From Planctomycetota bacterium (GTDB lineage Bacteria > Planctomycetota > PLA2 > JAEUHO01), in the NCBI GenBank assembly GCA_965222115.1, contig CBDCTJ010000007.1, forward strand, positions 288,001 through 352,000: DNA of 64,000 nucleotides, read 5' to 3'. Positions 1 to 9,746 of this stretch are shown here, piece by piece (positions within the stretch are counted from its first letter, which is position 1; each line of letters starts with the position of its first letter). The notes beneath the pieces are model-generated. The model had not been told where the DNA came from. It did not search any database and was given only the letters and a program-made list of their open reading frames with translations. Both the position numbers and the translations under genes were made by a program.

Positions 1-195
1 TTTGACGAAATCGCGAAACGCGCCGCGGCGGCAGGTGTAGCCATTACCGAAAGCGAAGTCGTAGGGCTAATTCCCAAGGCCGCATGCCCCGACAACTTTG
101 TGACACGCGTACGCGCCCTGCACTTTGATCCCGATCAACAAATCATCGAACGCAGGCTCGCCGCGGCATCGTCGGGTTCGGGAGCAGGCGCATGA
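1..195 (+). CDS. ftcD: Glutamate formiminotransferase, C-terminal fragment (5' end outside window)
   Basis: Frame 1 reads FDEIAKRAAAAGVAITESEVVGLIPKAA...FDPDQQIIERRL...*. SExVGLxP and IIE motifs are typical of the FTCD transferase C-terminus. The stop overlaps the cyclodeaminase start (ATGA at 192-195). Confidence 0.8.
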   Translation, partial: FDEIAKRAAAAGVAITESEVVGLIPKAACPDNFVTRVRALHFDPDQQIIERRLAAASSGSGAGA

Positions 196-830
196 GCACA
201 CACGATTTTCATTCGCCCACGGTGGACGAGTTTCTGAGCAAACTCGCCAGCGCGTCGCCTACGCCCGGTGGCGGATCGGGTGCCGCAGTGGCCGGTGCGA
301 TGGGCGCTTCGTTGGTGCGCATGCTGGCCGAGCTCACCAAAGGCCGCAAGAAGTACGCCGCACACCAAGAACTCATGGAAGCCATCGCCGACCAGGCCGA
401 AAACGAACGCAAAGCGTTAATGACATTGGCAGAGAAAGACGCCAGCGCCTACGACGCCGTGGGCGCCGCCTTCAAAATGCCCAAGGAGACCGACGAAGAG
501 AAGCAGGCGCGAGGCACCGCAATCCAGTCGGCCATGCAAGGCGCGTGCGACGTACCGTTAGAAGTGATGCAGCATTGCTTGGAAGTGATCGGGCTTGCCA
601 AGAACGCCGTACTCTCCGGCAACAAGAACGCACTATCCGATGGTGCCGCCGGCGCCGAGCTCGCGAGAGCGGCCATGAAGATTGCAGGCTACAACGTCAA
701 GATCAATCTCGGATCGATCAAAGACGAAGCCTACGTCAAGCAGGCGCGTACGCGTTTGGATGAGATGATGTACATGGGCACGGCTGCCGCCAACACGATC
801 GACTCCCATGTAAACGATCAGTGGAAGTGA
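192..830 (+). CDS. Formiminotetrahydrofolate cyclodeaminase (FTCD_C family)
   Basis: SxSPTPGGGS, MGASLVxM, DAxAYDAV, PL.VM, NxNALSD and NVKINL motifs; translationally coupled to the formiminotransferase. Confidence 0.9.
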   Translation: MSTHDFHSPTVDEFLSKLASASPTPGGGSGAAVAGAMGASLVRMLAELTKGRKKYAAHQELMEAIADQAENERKALMTLAEKDASAYDAVGAAFKMPKETDEEKQARGTAIQSAMQGACDVPLEVMQHCLEVIGLAKNAVLSGNKNALSDGAAGAELARAAMKIAGYNVKINLGSIKDEAYVKQARTRLDEMMYMGTAAANTIDSHVNDQWK

Positions 831-1765
831 GCCCAACCACGTCGCAACTCACCCACTCGCCCCCGCCCGCCCTACGCATTACGGGTCTTGAAAAACACTA
901 CAGTCGCGTGCGCGCACTCGACGGCATCGATGTCACCGTGCCCAAGGGCGCCATATACGGATTCATAGGTCCGAATGGCGCGGGTAAAACAACAACCATC
1001 CGCATCCTTGCTGGACTCATACGACCCACGCGCGGCGATGTCACGCTCCAGGGCCATGACCTCGCCGCCGATCGCGTGCAAGCAGCACGGGGCCTGCGCA
1101 CACTTGTTGAAGTACCTGCGTTTTATCCGTCCCTTACCGGCCAGCAGAATCTTGGCGTGTTCGCCAAACTCGCCCGCGCTCCCAAGGGCGACGTGGACCG
1201 CCTATTGGAAGCGGTTGGACTCACGCATGCGGCGAAACGAGCCGTGGGCGGGTATTCACTCGGTATGCGGCAACGTCTTGGCATTGCGCAGGCACTGGTG
1301 GGCCATCCCACACTCGTTGTGCTCGACGAACCCATGAACGGCCTCGACCCCGCGGCGATTCATCTCGTGCGCACGTTGATTCAAAAGGAACGAAGCGAGC
1401 GCGGCGTGACGTTCTTTCTGTCCAGCCACCTACTGCACGACGTGGAGACGCTTTGCGACCACGTGGGTGTGCTTCATCGCGGTCGCATGGTTACCGAAAG
1501 TGATATGGCCACGATGCTTGAAGCGCCGGTCGAGGGCTATCGGCTCGAGACATCGGACAATGCGAAGGCTGCTAAGCAGTTGCGTGAATTCACACCAACG
1601 CTTGCACCCGACGAATCCTTCATCGATGTGCTGACCGACGCGCGTGGCATCATCGAAGTGCAACAAGCGCTTCTATATGCGAACATCGACGTGCGATCGC
1701 TCGCTCCTCTACGAAAGGACTTGGAGCGTTTGTTTATCGACATGACCGAGGGAGTCATGGGATGA
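827..1765 (+). CDS. ABC transporter ATP-binding protein (ABC-2/DrrA-like)
   Basis: Walker A GPNGAGKTT, signature YSLGMRQR, Walker B VVLDEP, SSH switch. GTG 827 overlaps the upstream TGA; the ORF track starts at 821. Confidence 0.92.
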   Translation: MSPTTSQLTHSPPPALRITGLEKHYSRVRALDGIDVTVPKGAIYGFIGPNGAGKTTTIRILAGLIRPTRGDVTLQGHDLAADRVQAARGLRTLVEVPAFYPSLTGQQNLGVFAKLARAPKGDVDRLLEAVGLTHAAKRAVGGYSLGMRQRLGIAQALVGHPTLVVLDEPMNGLDPAAIHLVRTLIQKERSERGVTFFLSSHLLHDVETLCDHVGVLHRGRMVTESDMATMLEAPVEGYRLETSDNAKAAKQLREFTPTLAPDESFIDVLTDARGIIEVQQALLYANIDVRSLAPLRKDLERLFIDMTEGVMG

Positions 1766-2967
1766 GCCTATCCAAACAAGCGCTCAACCCTCAAACGATG
1801 ATGCGCGTCGTACTCTGGGGACTGGCCGCAGCGATTGCGCTGTATGGCATTGTGCGCGCCTCCGGTCGCGATGCAGCAACGCTCCCGCTATGGGTCTCGG
1901 CCTTTTTCGTATACGGATTTCTCGTAGCCATCCCCGCGTCTCGACGCGCGATTGGTCATGCAAGGTGGTGGTTGCCGCTCGCCAGCTTTCTCGTATTCGG
2001 TGGCCTCGCCCACGCCCTGGCGCATGGACTTGACGCATGGCTACCGAATCGCGGCGCGGATGAGCCGGGCGCTCGCGCTATGCTCTACATTGCGCTGCTT
2101 GTGTTGGCCGTCATCTACCTTTTCAGGCGAGGCGCGGGGAGTCGAATCGCGCGATTGATCGGGGTGGAGTGGCACAAACTGCGATACGGCACGCTACTTC
2201 GCATGGGCCTACTGATTGCCGTGGTGGCCACCTACATTGCCGGCCTTACCTACACGCCCTATGAAGGCGCCTCCGGTTGGGCCACGGCAACACATAGTCT
2301 TGGCGCCGGGCATTGGGTAGCCGACATCATGGCGCTTGTTCTTGGCGCCACCATGCTGGCGGGCGAAGTCGGCGGCGGTACGATGAAAATGATCCTGCCC
2401 CACGCCTATGAACGCGGCGAGTGGATTGCCGCCAAGGGCTTCCTGGTGATTGCGTTCTCATTCGTGCTGGTGGGACTCGTGGCACTCACCGCGGTGCTCC
2501 ACGCCGAGAACGTGCAGGGTCTCGGCGACGTAACGAAAATCGTTCCCGCGGGCTTCGGTGAAGAGAACGACACAGTAGAGATCTTTCAAACCGCAGACAC
2601 AATGCGCAGTCACTTTACCGACACGATCGTTTCGGCCGGCGTGAGTACCGCAGCGACGGGGCTGATTGCACTCTTCTTTTCCAGCCTCTTTGGCAGTGTC
2701 GTGCCCGCCCTATCAGCATCGTTTCTCACACTGATTGCGCTGCGTGTGGGCGGCACGCTTCTCGGCTTCTCAACGGCAATTGCCGACAACCTTTATCCGC
2801 GTATCCCGGATGAGCTACGTCGCCTTACGGGCCAACTCGGTCGTGGTTTTAGTGAGCGTTGGGACGAACACTTGTTGGGGCATGGCATCGCACTGGCCGT
2901 CTTTGTGGGTGCGTTGGCGTGGCTCACCGCTGCGCGGTGGTTTACGGAACGAGATCTTCACGGATAG
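1762..2967 (+). CDS. ABC-2 type permease with an extra N-terminal membrane region
   Basis: Many hydrophobic segments; LIGVEWHKL and AGEVGGGTMKMIL...R.EWIAAK motifs of ABC-2 permeases; ATGA overlap with the ATPase. Confidence 0.82.
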   Translation: MSLSKQALNPQTMMRVVLWGLAAAIALYGIVRASGRDAATLPLWVSAFFVYGFLVAIPASRRAIGHARWWLPLASFLVFGGLAHALAHGLDAWLPNRGADEPGARAMLYIALLVLAVIYLFRRGAGSRIARLIGVEWHKLRYGTLLRMGLLIAVVATYIAGLTYTPYEGASGWATATHSLGAGHWVADIMALVLGATMLAGEVGGGTMKMILPHAYERGEWIAAKGFLVIAFSFVLVGLVALTAVLHAENVQGLGDVTKIVPAGFGEENDTVEIFQTADTMRSHFTDTIVSAGVSTAATGLIALFFSSLFGSVVPALSASFLTLIALRVGGTLLGFSTAIADNLYPRIPDELRRLTGQLGRGFSERWDEHLLGHGIALAVFVGALAWLTAARWFTERDLHG

Positions 2968-2973
2968 TCCTGA

Positions 2974-3792
2974 CTAACAGCGTCTGTGCTTGATGGCTTT
3001 TCGCAGCGCCGCGTCGGGTTCGAATGGGTAGGAACGATTTCGAAGCAAAACATCGTCGGGGTACCGCACAACCAGTTCGAAGCCGGGTAGTGCCTTGAGC
3101 AAGTCCTCGAGCGACGGCTGCCCTTCGTACAGTTCGACATCAATACATTCTGTATAGAGAAAACGAGTTGTTGCGAGTGTCTTTTGTGCGCCTTGAATCA
3201 CATCGAGTTCCGCACCCTGCACGTCCATCCAAATGAAATCGACGTCACGTACATTGTGTTGGTCAGCCCATCCGTCGAGGGTGCACGTAGCGACCTCGAT
3301 GGTGTTCTCAAACGTAATCCAGTCGTACAGTTCTTTGTGTCGCTTGGGCACCTTGATGGAACCTGACAGATCGCACCCGTCGGACAATTCAACGCGGCCT
3401 CCGTCTGTCGGCGTGCCGCCACTCTGATAAAAGCGCACCGTGCCCGCGCGATCGCTCAGGGCAACTTCAAACAGGGACACGCGCGGATCGTCGCCCACGG
3501 TCCTTCGAAAACCCGCAATAGCACGAGGCTCCGGTTCAAAGCAGTAGATGGTCGCTTGCGGGAAGAGCGAAAGAAAGCGACGGGTATCCGTGCCGTAGTG
3601 GCAGCCAATTTCTAAAATCAATGAATCGTCGCGACCCACACAAAACTGAAGCAGTCGTTCGGAGATCGCCTTGACTTGCTTGCGCCTTTGTCTGCGTTGG
3701 AACCATCGTCGCATCGTGCCCATTCCGGGACGATTCACCGGATCGTCGATCCGCCGCTCGGAGGTACGCTCCTCAACCGTGTCGTCCGTCAT
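2974..3792 (-). CDS. FkbM family SAM-dependent methyltransferase
   Basis: ILEIGCHYG, CFEPEP, TLDGW, FIWMDVQGAE, YEGQ motifs. Start placed at ATG 3792 (GAGG upstream) rather than 3891, which overlaps the divergent gene. Confidence 0.88.
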   Translation of the reverse strand: MTDDTVEERTSERRIDDPVNRPGMGTMRRWFQRRQRRKQVKAISERLLQFCVGRDDSLILEIGCHYGTDTRRFLSLFPQATIYCFEPEPRAIAGFRRTVGDDPRVSLFEVALSDRAGTVRFYQSGGTPTDGGRVELSDGCDLSGSIKVPKRHKELYDWITFENTIEVATCTLDGWADQHNVRDVDFIWMDVQGAELDVIQGAQKTLATTRFLYTECIDVELYEGQPSLEDLLKALPGFELVVRYPDDVLLRNRSYPFEPDAALRKAIKHRRC

Positions 3793-3884
3793 GGCCTCAT
3801 TCTTATACGAATCCTGTAACAAGTCCTCGGTTCGTTGCATCCAATCAACTGGCGGACCGCATACCCGCCACCAAGGAGGCATCG

Positions 3885-4355
3885 ATGACAACTTTACGCA
3901 ACGCCGCGCTACCGTTGGCAGTCATTCTTATGACCACCATCATCCTTACCGCATGCCAGCGAACGCGCTGCTGCGCCCGATCCTGCAACACAGCGCGACA
4001 ATTGGCACCGCAAGCGCCTCCCTCTCAACTCGCGCCCCCGATGACTGTCCAACCGGCACCCCCGATCTACGTCTCACCGCCAGCGCTAGCAACCGAGCCG
4101 GCGCCGCCTCCATCCATAATCAACACCCAAGCGCTCTATGCATCTCGCTGCGCCCAGTGCCATGGCGCCAGAGGCGAGGGCGGCGAAAAGGTCCCCGCCC
4201 TGATTGGCCCCGGCGCGTTGGCCAAGGCCCCCACCCTCCAAGCACTCGCAACCTACATCCAACAGACCATGCCCCCCGAAGGCATGGGCCCCCGCCTCAC
4301 CCACGCCGAAGCCCACGCACTCGCTTCCTTCGCGTGGAAGGCGAATGGGCGCTAG
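3885..4355 (+). CDS. Monoheme c-type cytochrome, probable lipoprotein
   Basis: AAGGAGG RBS; hydrophobic signal ending LTAC; Pro-rich linker; CAQCH heme motif; distal TMPP (likely Met ligand). Confidence 0.85.
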   Translation: MTTLRNAALPLAVILMTTIILTACQRTRCCARSCNTARQLAPQAPPSQLAPPMTVQPAPPIYVSPPALATEPAPPPSIINTQALYASRCAQCHGARGEGGEKVPALIGPGALAKAPTLQALATYIQQTMPPEGMGPRLTHAEAHALASFAWKANGR

Positions 4356-4446
4356 CGCGCACGCGCTCAGAGGCGTTTCATGCGGTGCTTAATCGCACGT
4401 TCTATGCATTACCGCGCATAGCCGGTGGTGGCGCTAATATGCCCCC

Positions 4447-5949
4447 ATGCGCGTCTGCTGCTTATCGCTGTTGCTCGTGGTGTTGGGCGGGCCGTCGGTG
4501 TATGGCGGGCCGGCGCAGCATAAGGGCTACCGCTATGAGATGGGGGGGGTCATTGAGGGGCTCACGACATACGACGTGAATGGGGACGGGCGTCAGGATG
4601 TCGTGATGATTGTTCGGACCGAAAGTGAACCCCAGCCGAAGATTGTGATGCTGGAAACGCCCGCAGCGCCAGCAAAGAAGACGTACTTTCCTGCAAGTGC
4701 GCGTACGTCGATTGCTTGTGCGGGTAAAGCAGCGCGGGCTGGCGTAGTAGCGGTCGGCGCGTTTCGGGAACCGGGGAAGACGGTGTTTCGTTTCTTGGGA
4801 CCCGATGGCGTGTTTGATGTCGGCGTGGATGGCAAACCGATGCCCATGCGTGAGGGTGACGCATTGCCATTGGCCTTTGGGCGCAGTGGCAAAGAGTCGC
4901 TACACTTTGCGAAGTACAACGGACCGAAGGGTGAGCTTGCAGCACCCGATCTGACGAACGCAACCATGCGTGTCATTCCCGGCACCGGTGCAGCTGCGAC
5001 ACCGAAGAAGAGCCACGTCGCGGTGCGTGGCACCAACCTGGCCACGCGCAGTACCGGATTTAAGACCGAACTCGACCTGCCGCGACCATCGTGGCTGCGG
5101 GGTCACGCGAACGACGCACTGTTTTATGAACCGGAGAGGCACACGCTTCGCGCAGCCTCGTCGCCTACGCCTTTGATGGCACTTCCTTTTATGAAGCCGC
5201 CGAAGACGCTGGCCAATGAAGAGCTGCATACCGCGCGCGTTCAATTTGCCGATGTGAATGGTGACAAAGTAAGCGATGTCTTGGTGACATTGTTGGTGGG
5301 GCGCCGCGATCGATTGGGGTCGCTGCGAACGATTCTCTTTCACTATGACGGCGCAACAGTGGTGGCGTCGGGCAAGAACAACTCGCTTCGGCTGCCAGGC
5401 GAGCCGCGTTGCCGCATTGATACAGAATCCGTCGCCCTGCACCCGCGCTTCGTGGATCTCAATGGCGACGGCGCGCTCGACTATGTATGCGATTCCGTTC
5501 GCGGAACGAAGGCGGATTTGTTTTTACAAGTGATGGGCAAGGACCCGACCATCACCATCACTGGCTTTCTTTTTGATCCCAAGAAGGGGACGTTCTCGAA
5601 CACGCCCTACTTCACGATCAAACGTGTGTATCCCTCGTCACAAGCCTTGAGTAATCGTTTCGGGCAGAGCGCATGGTTTGACGGCGACTTTGATGGCGAT
5701 GGGCACAAGGACCTGCTTGATCTTGGCAATCTCTCAAGCGTCGTCGTGCTGAAGGGCGGGCGCGCAACATCGGGCAATCACGGGGATCCCGCCACGTTCG
5801 ACACCGAGCTGGTGCCCACCATTCCCGTCAAGGACGGACTGCGACCCCATGCCACAATCCTCGATCTCAATGGCGATGGCAAAGACGATGCCATTCTGCG
5901 AAGCGACTCGGTACTCTATCTATTGGTCAGTCAAGCGGAGTCTAAGTAG
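4447..5949 (+). CDS. Secreted FG-GAP/VCBS repeat protein
   Basis: Signal peptide; repeated DxNGDGxxD/DFDGDG Ca-binding motifs (DVNGDGRQD, DVNGDKVSD, DLNGDGALD, DFDGDGHKD, DLNGDGKDD). Confidence 0.85.
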   Translation: MRVCCLSLLLVVLGGPSVYGGPAQHKGYRYEMGGVIEGLTTYDVNGDGRQDVVMIVRTESEPQPKIVMLETPAAPAKKTYFPASARTSIACAGKAARAGVVAVGAFREPGKTVFRFLGPDGVFDVGVDGKPMPMREGDALPLAFGRSGKESLHFAKYNGPKGELAAPDLTNATMRVIPGTGAAATPKKSHVAVRGTNLATRSTGFKTELDLPRPSWLRGHANDALFYEPERHTLRAASSPTPLMALPFMKPPKTLANEELHTARVQFADVNGDKVSDVLVTLLVGRRDRLGSLRTILFHYDGATVVASGKNNSLRLPGEPRCRIDTESVALHPRFVDLNGDGALDYVCDSVRGTKADLFLQVMGKDPTITITGFLFDPKKGTFSNTPYFTIKRVYPSSQALSNRFGQSAWFDGDFDGDGHKDLLDLGNLSSVVVLKGGRATSGNHGDPATFDTELVPTIPVKDGLRPHATILDLNGDGKDDAILRSDSVLYLLVSQAESK

Positions 5950-7472
5950 TGCGCGGGCTCACATGGCTGCTTGTCACGACTCTCTTCACGCTCTTGTGCG
6001 CGGGGGCGCCCGGCGTAGCGGCAAAGGAGGCGCCTCGCTGGATTGAACTCAACAGCCCCGATGTCGTGATGGGCGAGCGGCGCATCGATGTCGATGGAGA
6101 CGGGGTGTGCGACCTTGTGCTCCTGGCCAAGAACAATGTGTTCGTATGGAAGGGCGTCAAGGGCGCGTTACCATCGCCGACCGCCACCTTGACGCCGGCA
6201 TGGCCACGTCAAACCAAGCCCCGCGGGTTTATTGACTTTCTTAAGCGCGACAAGTCGTATGTGTTGGTTCAGGCCACTCGAAATACAGTTCAAAGCGTTT
6301 CATGGCAAGGCAATGTGCTCGACAAAGATCATGCGTTGCGTGCGAAGATCACGTGGGATGTGGGCGATGGCGATAACCTTTGCTTGGGTCCGCTTTGCGA
6401 TAATCACGGCGGTCATCTTGAGCCCCAAGGAAACGCCTATCGCTACGTGAGATCCGGCGCGGCGGTCATCGTGAGCGCTCTGGAACCGTATCGACGTACA
6501 GTAATGGGTGGCCAGTTTCTCGGTGAACCAAGCAAAGCCACCATTCGGTATCCGGCGCCCTTCTTTGGCGCGCCACCGCGTAAGGCAGGCGATTCCACAC
6601 CACCATCAAAGAAGCAGGACAAACACGTCGCACCCACATGCCTTTGGCTTCAGAGTGGCGACGCGGTGATCGCCCAAACCGACACAAGGCGCACAACATT
6701 TGACGCGCGTGCCTTGCTCCGCGGCAGCGATGTGAGTTCACTGACCGACCTGGAGCTGGTGGATCTCAACGGCGATGGTCGGCCGGAACTCTTCCATCAA
6801 CATCTCACCAACCGCTCAGGTGAGTATCGCTTCTTTGAGCTACCGACGGTTGCGGCGTCCAACAAGTCCAACCACGCTGGACCGTCGCTGGGTCGAAGCG
6901 TGAGCAAGCTCTCGCTTACAGGTTCGCAAGTGCAACCCACGTTTAGCGATCTCAATGGGGATGGCTTGATCGACTTTGCGGTCACAACCATCGCCATCGA
7001 CGGTCGCAATACGCTTCGTGCGCTCGGCGTAGGCGTCGTCACGTCCGAAACCCGAGCGTATTTGCATCGGGGTGGGGACGCACCCGCGGGCAGCTACCCA
7101 GATACGCCCGATGCGATTCAGAAGTCCGACATTCAGGTTGGCATCCAGTTCACCTATGCGGGGAACATTCAGGTAAATCGCAGTTTCACCATTGTGGTGG
7201 ACGGCGACTTTGATGGCGACGGATTGAACGACCTCCTCATTCGTCAGTCGGGCGACTCCTGCATGGTGTATTTGAGCGACAGGGACGCACTCTGGAAACG
7301 CGGGAAGCCACTCGCCGTAAGCATTCCTCCTGTGGGCAATCACCCCGACGTGGACGGCTACGCGGCGGACCTCACGGGTGACGGACGGGACGAGTTGCTC
7401 CTGATTTACCGCGCGCCTCCCAATGGCCGCGACCGCACGTTCGTAGTTTCTTTGGATGCGTATCTGAAGTAG
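5949..7472 (+). CDS. Secreted FG-GAP/VCBS repeat protein
   Basis: Signal peptide; DVDGDGVCD, DLNGDGRPE, DLNGDGLID, DFDGDGLND, DLTGDGRDE motifs in the same order as the upstream gene; 1-bp overlap. Confidence 0.85.
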   Translation: MRGLTWLLVTTLFTLLCAGAPGVAAKEAPRWIELNSPDVVMGERRIDVDGDGVCDLVLLAKNNVFVWKGVKGALPSPTATLTPAWPRQTKPRGFIDFLKRDKSYVLVQATRNTVQSVSWQGNVLDKDHALRAKITWDVGDGDNLCLGPLCDNHGGHLEPQGNAYRYVRSGAAVIVSALEPYRRTVMGGQFLGEPSKATIRYPAPFFGAPPRKAGDSTPPSKKQDKHVAPTCLWLQSGDAVIAQTDTRRTTFDARALLRGSDVSSLTDLELVDLNGDGRPELFHQHLTNRSGEYRFFELPTVAASNKSNHAGPSLGRSVSKLSLTGSQVQPTFSDLNGDGLIDFAVTTIAIDGRNTLRALGVGVVTSETRAYLHRGGDAPAGSYPDTPDAIQKSDIQVGIQFTYAGNIQVNRSFTIVVDGDFDGDGLNDLLIRQSGDSCMVYLSDRDALWKRGKPLAVSIPPVGNHPDVDGYAADLTGDGRDELLLIYRAPPNGRDRTFVVSLDAYLK

Positions 7473-7542
7473 CGACGCGACGCACCAGTGTGGCTCGGTA
7501 GACTAACCGCACGGTGAATCCCTTTGGAGCGTCCAAACACCT

Positions 7543-8655
7543 ATGCAATCCCCCATGCGACCTCCCCACGAACGCGGCATGGCCCTCATGGTCGTGCTGC
7601 TCCTGACCATGGTGTTGGTGCCGTTCGCGGCGCAGTTTGCTTACCAAATCAACTTGGAAGCGATTACGGCGCGAAACGTCAAGGACGAGTTGATGATCGA
7701 CTTGGCCGTTGAAGGCCAATACCAAATCATGCTCGGTCGCCTGCGCCACGATGGCCGCGGCAATGAAACCGACAGCCTCGATGAGGATTGGAATAACGAG
7801 GAAGCGCTCGAACGCACCGATGAAGAGACCCAAGTCAAACTGCGCACCACGATTTGGGACGAGCAGGGAAAGTTTCCATTGGTCGCCCTTGTGCAAGGCA
7901 ATGCTGAACGCCGCGCCATCTGGAAAACGCGCCTTGCGGAGCTAATCCGCATCTATCGCCAAGACACCGACTGGGACGCGAGCGCGATCGCCGACGACTT
8001 GGCTGAAGAGATCTTTCGCTACATCTCCGGTTCGGGCAATCGCAATGGCGTGCCCATGCCCGCCACCATCAACGACGCCAAGATGCTGATCTTGGATGAA
8101 CTCACGTTTGTGCATCAGGCCATTCGTGAACACAAGATGCTTGAGGACGTGCAAAAGGAAGAAGAGACCGCGCCCGGGCTGCACCGCTATCTGACGATTT
8201 TCGGCAATGGGAAAATCAATCTCAACACGGCCGACCGGGTGGTCCTCCGCGCCATGTTCCCGCAGAATCCTGAGATCGCTGACGACATTATTGAACGCCG
8301 CGAAGGCACGCCGGAGGACGAGGAGGGCGAACTCACAAGCGAGGAAGATGAAGACGAAGAGGCGGGCGGCAATCCTTTTACGAATCCCAATCAAGTCAAT
8401 GAACTAGAAAGTGTGACGCAGGAGGTGCTCAAAGCCAACAACGTCGTGTTGGCCAACGACTTTGTGGTCAAGTCCGACATTTTCTCTATGCGCATTCGAG
8501 GCACCACCAAAAACACCGCTCGCGCGGAGCTCGCTGTGGTCGAGCGCGTGCCCGGCAAAGACCCGAAGGGCCCCATTCAGGGGTTCCGCCACTTGTTGTT
8601 CCAGGAACGCATCGACGCACTCGTTGAATTGCAGACGCAGGACGACGGCTATTAG
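7543..8655 (+). CDS. gspK: Type II secretion minor pseudopilin GspK-like protein
   Basis: Prepilin-like RG|MALMVVLL without Glu5, DSLDEDW, IWDEQGKFPL and GKINLNTA..VLRAM motifs, all characteristic of GspK. Confidence 0.82.
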   Translation: MQSPMRPPHERGMALMVVLLLTMVLVPFAAQFAYQINLEAITARNVKDELMIDLAVEGQYQIMLGRLRHDGRGNETDSLDEDWNNEEALERTDEETQVKLRTTIWDEQGKFPLVALVQGNAERRAIWKTRLAELIRIYRQDTDWDASAIADDLAEEIFRYISGSGNRNGVPMPATINDAKMLILDELTFVHQAIREHKMLEDVQKEEETAPGLHRYLTIFGNGKINLNTADRVVLRAMFPQNPEIADDIIERREGTPEDEEGELTSEEDEDEEAGGNPFTNPNQVNELESVTQEVLKANNVVLANDFVVKSDIFSMRIRGTTKNTARAELAVVERVPGKDPKGPIQGFRHLLFQERIDALVELQTQDDGY

Positions 8656-8661
8656 CCGTTG

Positions 8662-9693
8662 TTAGCTTAGCGCATCCGCTACGCGAGCCATTACTGCGTC
8701 GACGCAGGCCGAGAACCGAATCTCGGTGCTAAGCACATACACACCAGGCGGAATCACAGCTTGTTTAACGGCGTCCTTCTTGGTCATCACCACGCCGTCG
8801 ATTGTACCGCTCGCCACGTCGGCCAAAAGCCGATCAAGTTCTTCTTGAGGAATCGTGCGATGATCGCCAACCGTGATCATGGACTGAACGACGGCGCCCA
8901 ATGATGCCACGGTTTGCCGCACATGATCGGGGTTGCCTACGCCACACGCGATGACTACCCGCTTGCCTATGAGTCGGTCCGCAGACTCGTCGCCATCCGC
9001 GGTCTCAAGACGCACGACGTGTAGTTCCGAGCGGGCCAGGATCGTACTTTCTTCAAGCGATGGCCGAATTTCCGACGTTCGGCGATCGAGCGTCGCCGCG
9101 TCAATGCCTTCACACTTGCTAAGCACAACGACATGGGCACGCGCTAGCGCCGTCCTCGGCTCCCGAAGTCGTCCTCGTGGCAGCAAGTAACCATAGCCAA
9201 ATGGATTGCCTGCTTCCAAGAGCACCATGTCCAGATCACGGTGCAGGGCGCGATGTTGAAACCCATCGTCCAGCAACAACACCGTGAGGTCTGGATGTTT
9301 GTCGAGCAACGCCGCACCCACGTTGAAACGCCGCGGACCCTGCGCTTGAACGATTCGTGAGCCAAACCGCGCCTCGAGCTCCAGCCCCTCATCATTGAGT
9401 CCGTCGCCCGCTGCGCCATACCCGCGCGCCAACACGCCCACACGTTCCCCGCGCTCAAGCAACGCATCACATAACCATGCAATCATGGGCGACTTGCCCG
9501 TCCCCCCCACCGCAAGATTGCCAACGCTTATGACGGGTACGCGCAGTCGCTTCGGTCGCAGAATCCCCAGGCGATACAACGCGCTGCGCGAACCGTTACC
9601 AAGCCAGTAGCCCCACGACATCATCCGCAAAAACGCACGGGCGGGCAGCGTGCGCCACCCGCCCATTCCAGCTTGAAGATCGCGGAGTTTCAC
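8662..9693 (-). CDS. lpxK: Tetraacyldisaccharide 4'-kinase
   Basis: PVISVGNLAVGGTGKSP, LARGY, NDEG, LLDDGFQH, LLPRGRLRE and MTKKDAVK motifs. Confidence 0.95.
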   Translation of the reverse strand: MKLRDLQAGMGGWRTLPARAFLRMMSWGYWLGNGSRSALYRLGILRPKRLRVPVISVGNLAVGGTGKSPMIAWLCDALLERGERVGVLARGYGAAGDGLNDEGLELEARFGSRIVQAQGPRRFNVGAALLDKHPDLTVLLLDDGFQHRALHRDLDMVLLEAGNPFGYGYLLPRGRLREPRTALARAHVVVLSKCEGIDAATLDRRTSEIRPSLEESTILARSELHVVRLETADGDESADRLIGKRVVIACGVGNPDHVRQTVASLGAVVQSMITVGDHRTIPQEELDRLLADVASGTIDGVVMTKKDAVKQAVIPPGVYVLSTEIRFSACVDAVMARVADALS

Positions 9694-9746
9694 CGCCGAA
9701 GTCTACGACAACCGCGCGGATGCCGTCGGTTCATGATTAAACCGGG

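Noticed and set aside
4382-4415. dif site at the skew switch
   Set aside because: Poor match to the XerD arm (TTATGTTAAAT), wrong central spacing, and the skew is only local.
3671-4579. 302-aa plus-strand ORF spanning three genes (also 9885-10715 and 32428-33216)
   Set aside because: Overlaps better-supported CDSs; Arg/Pro-rich off-frame composition.
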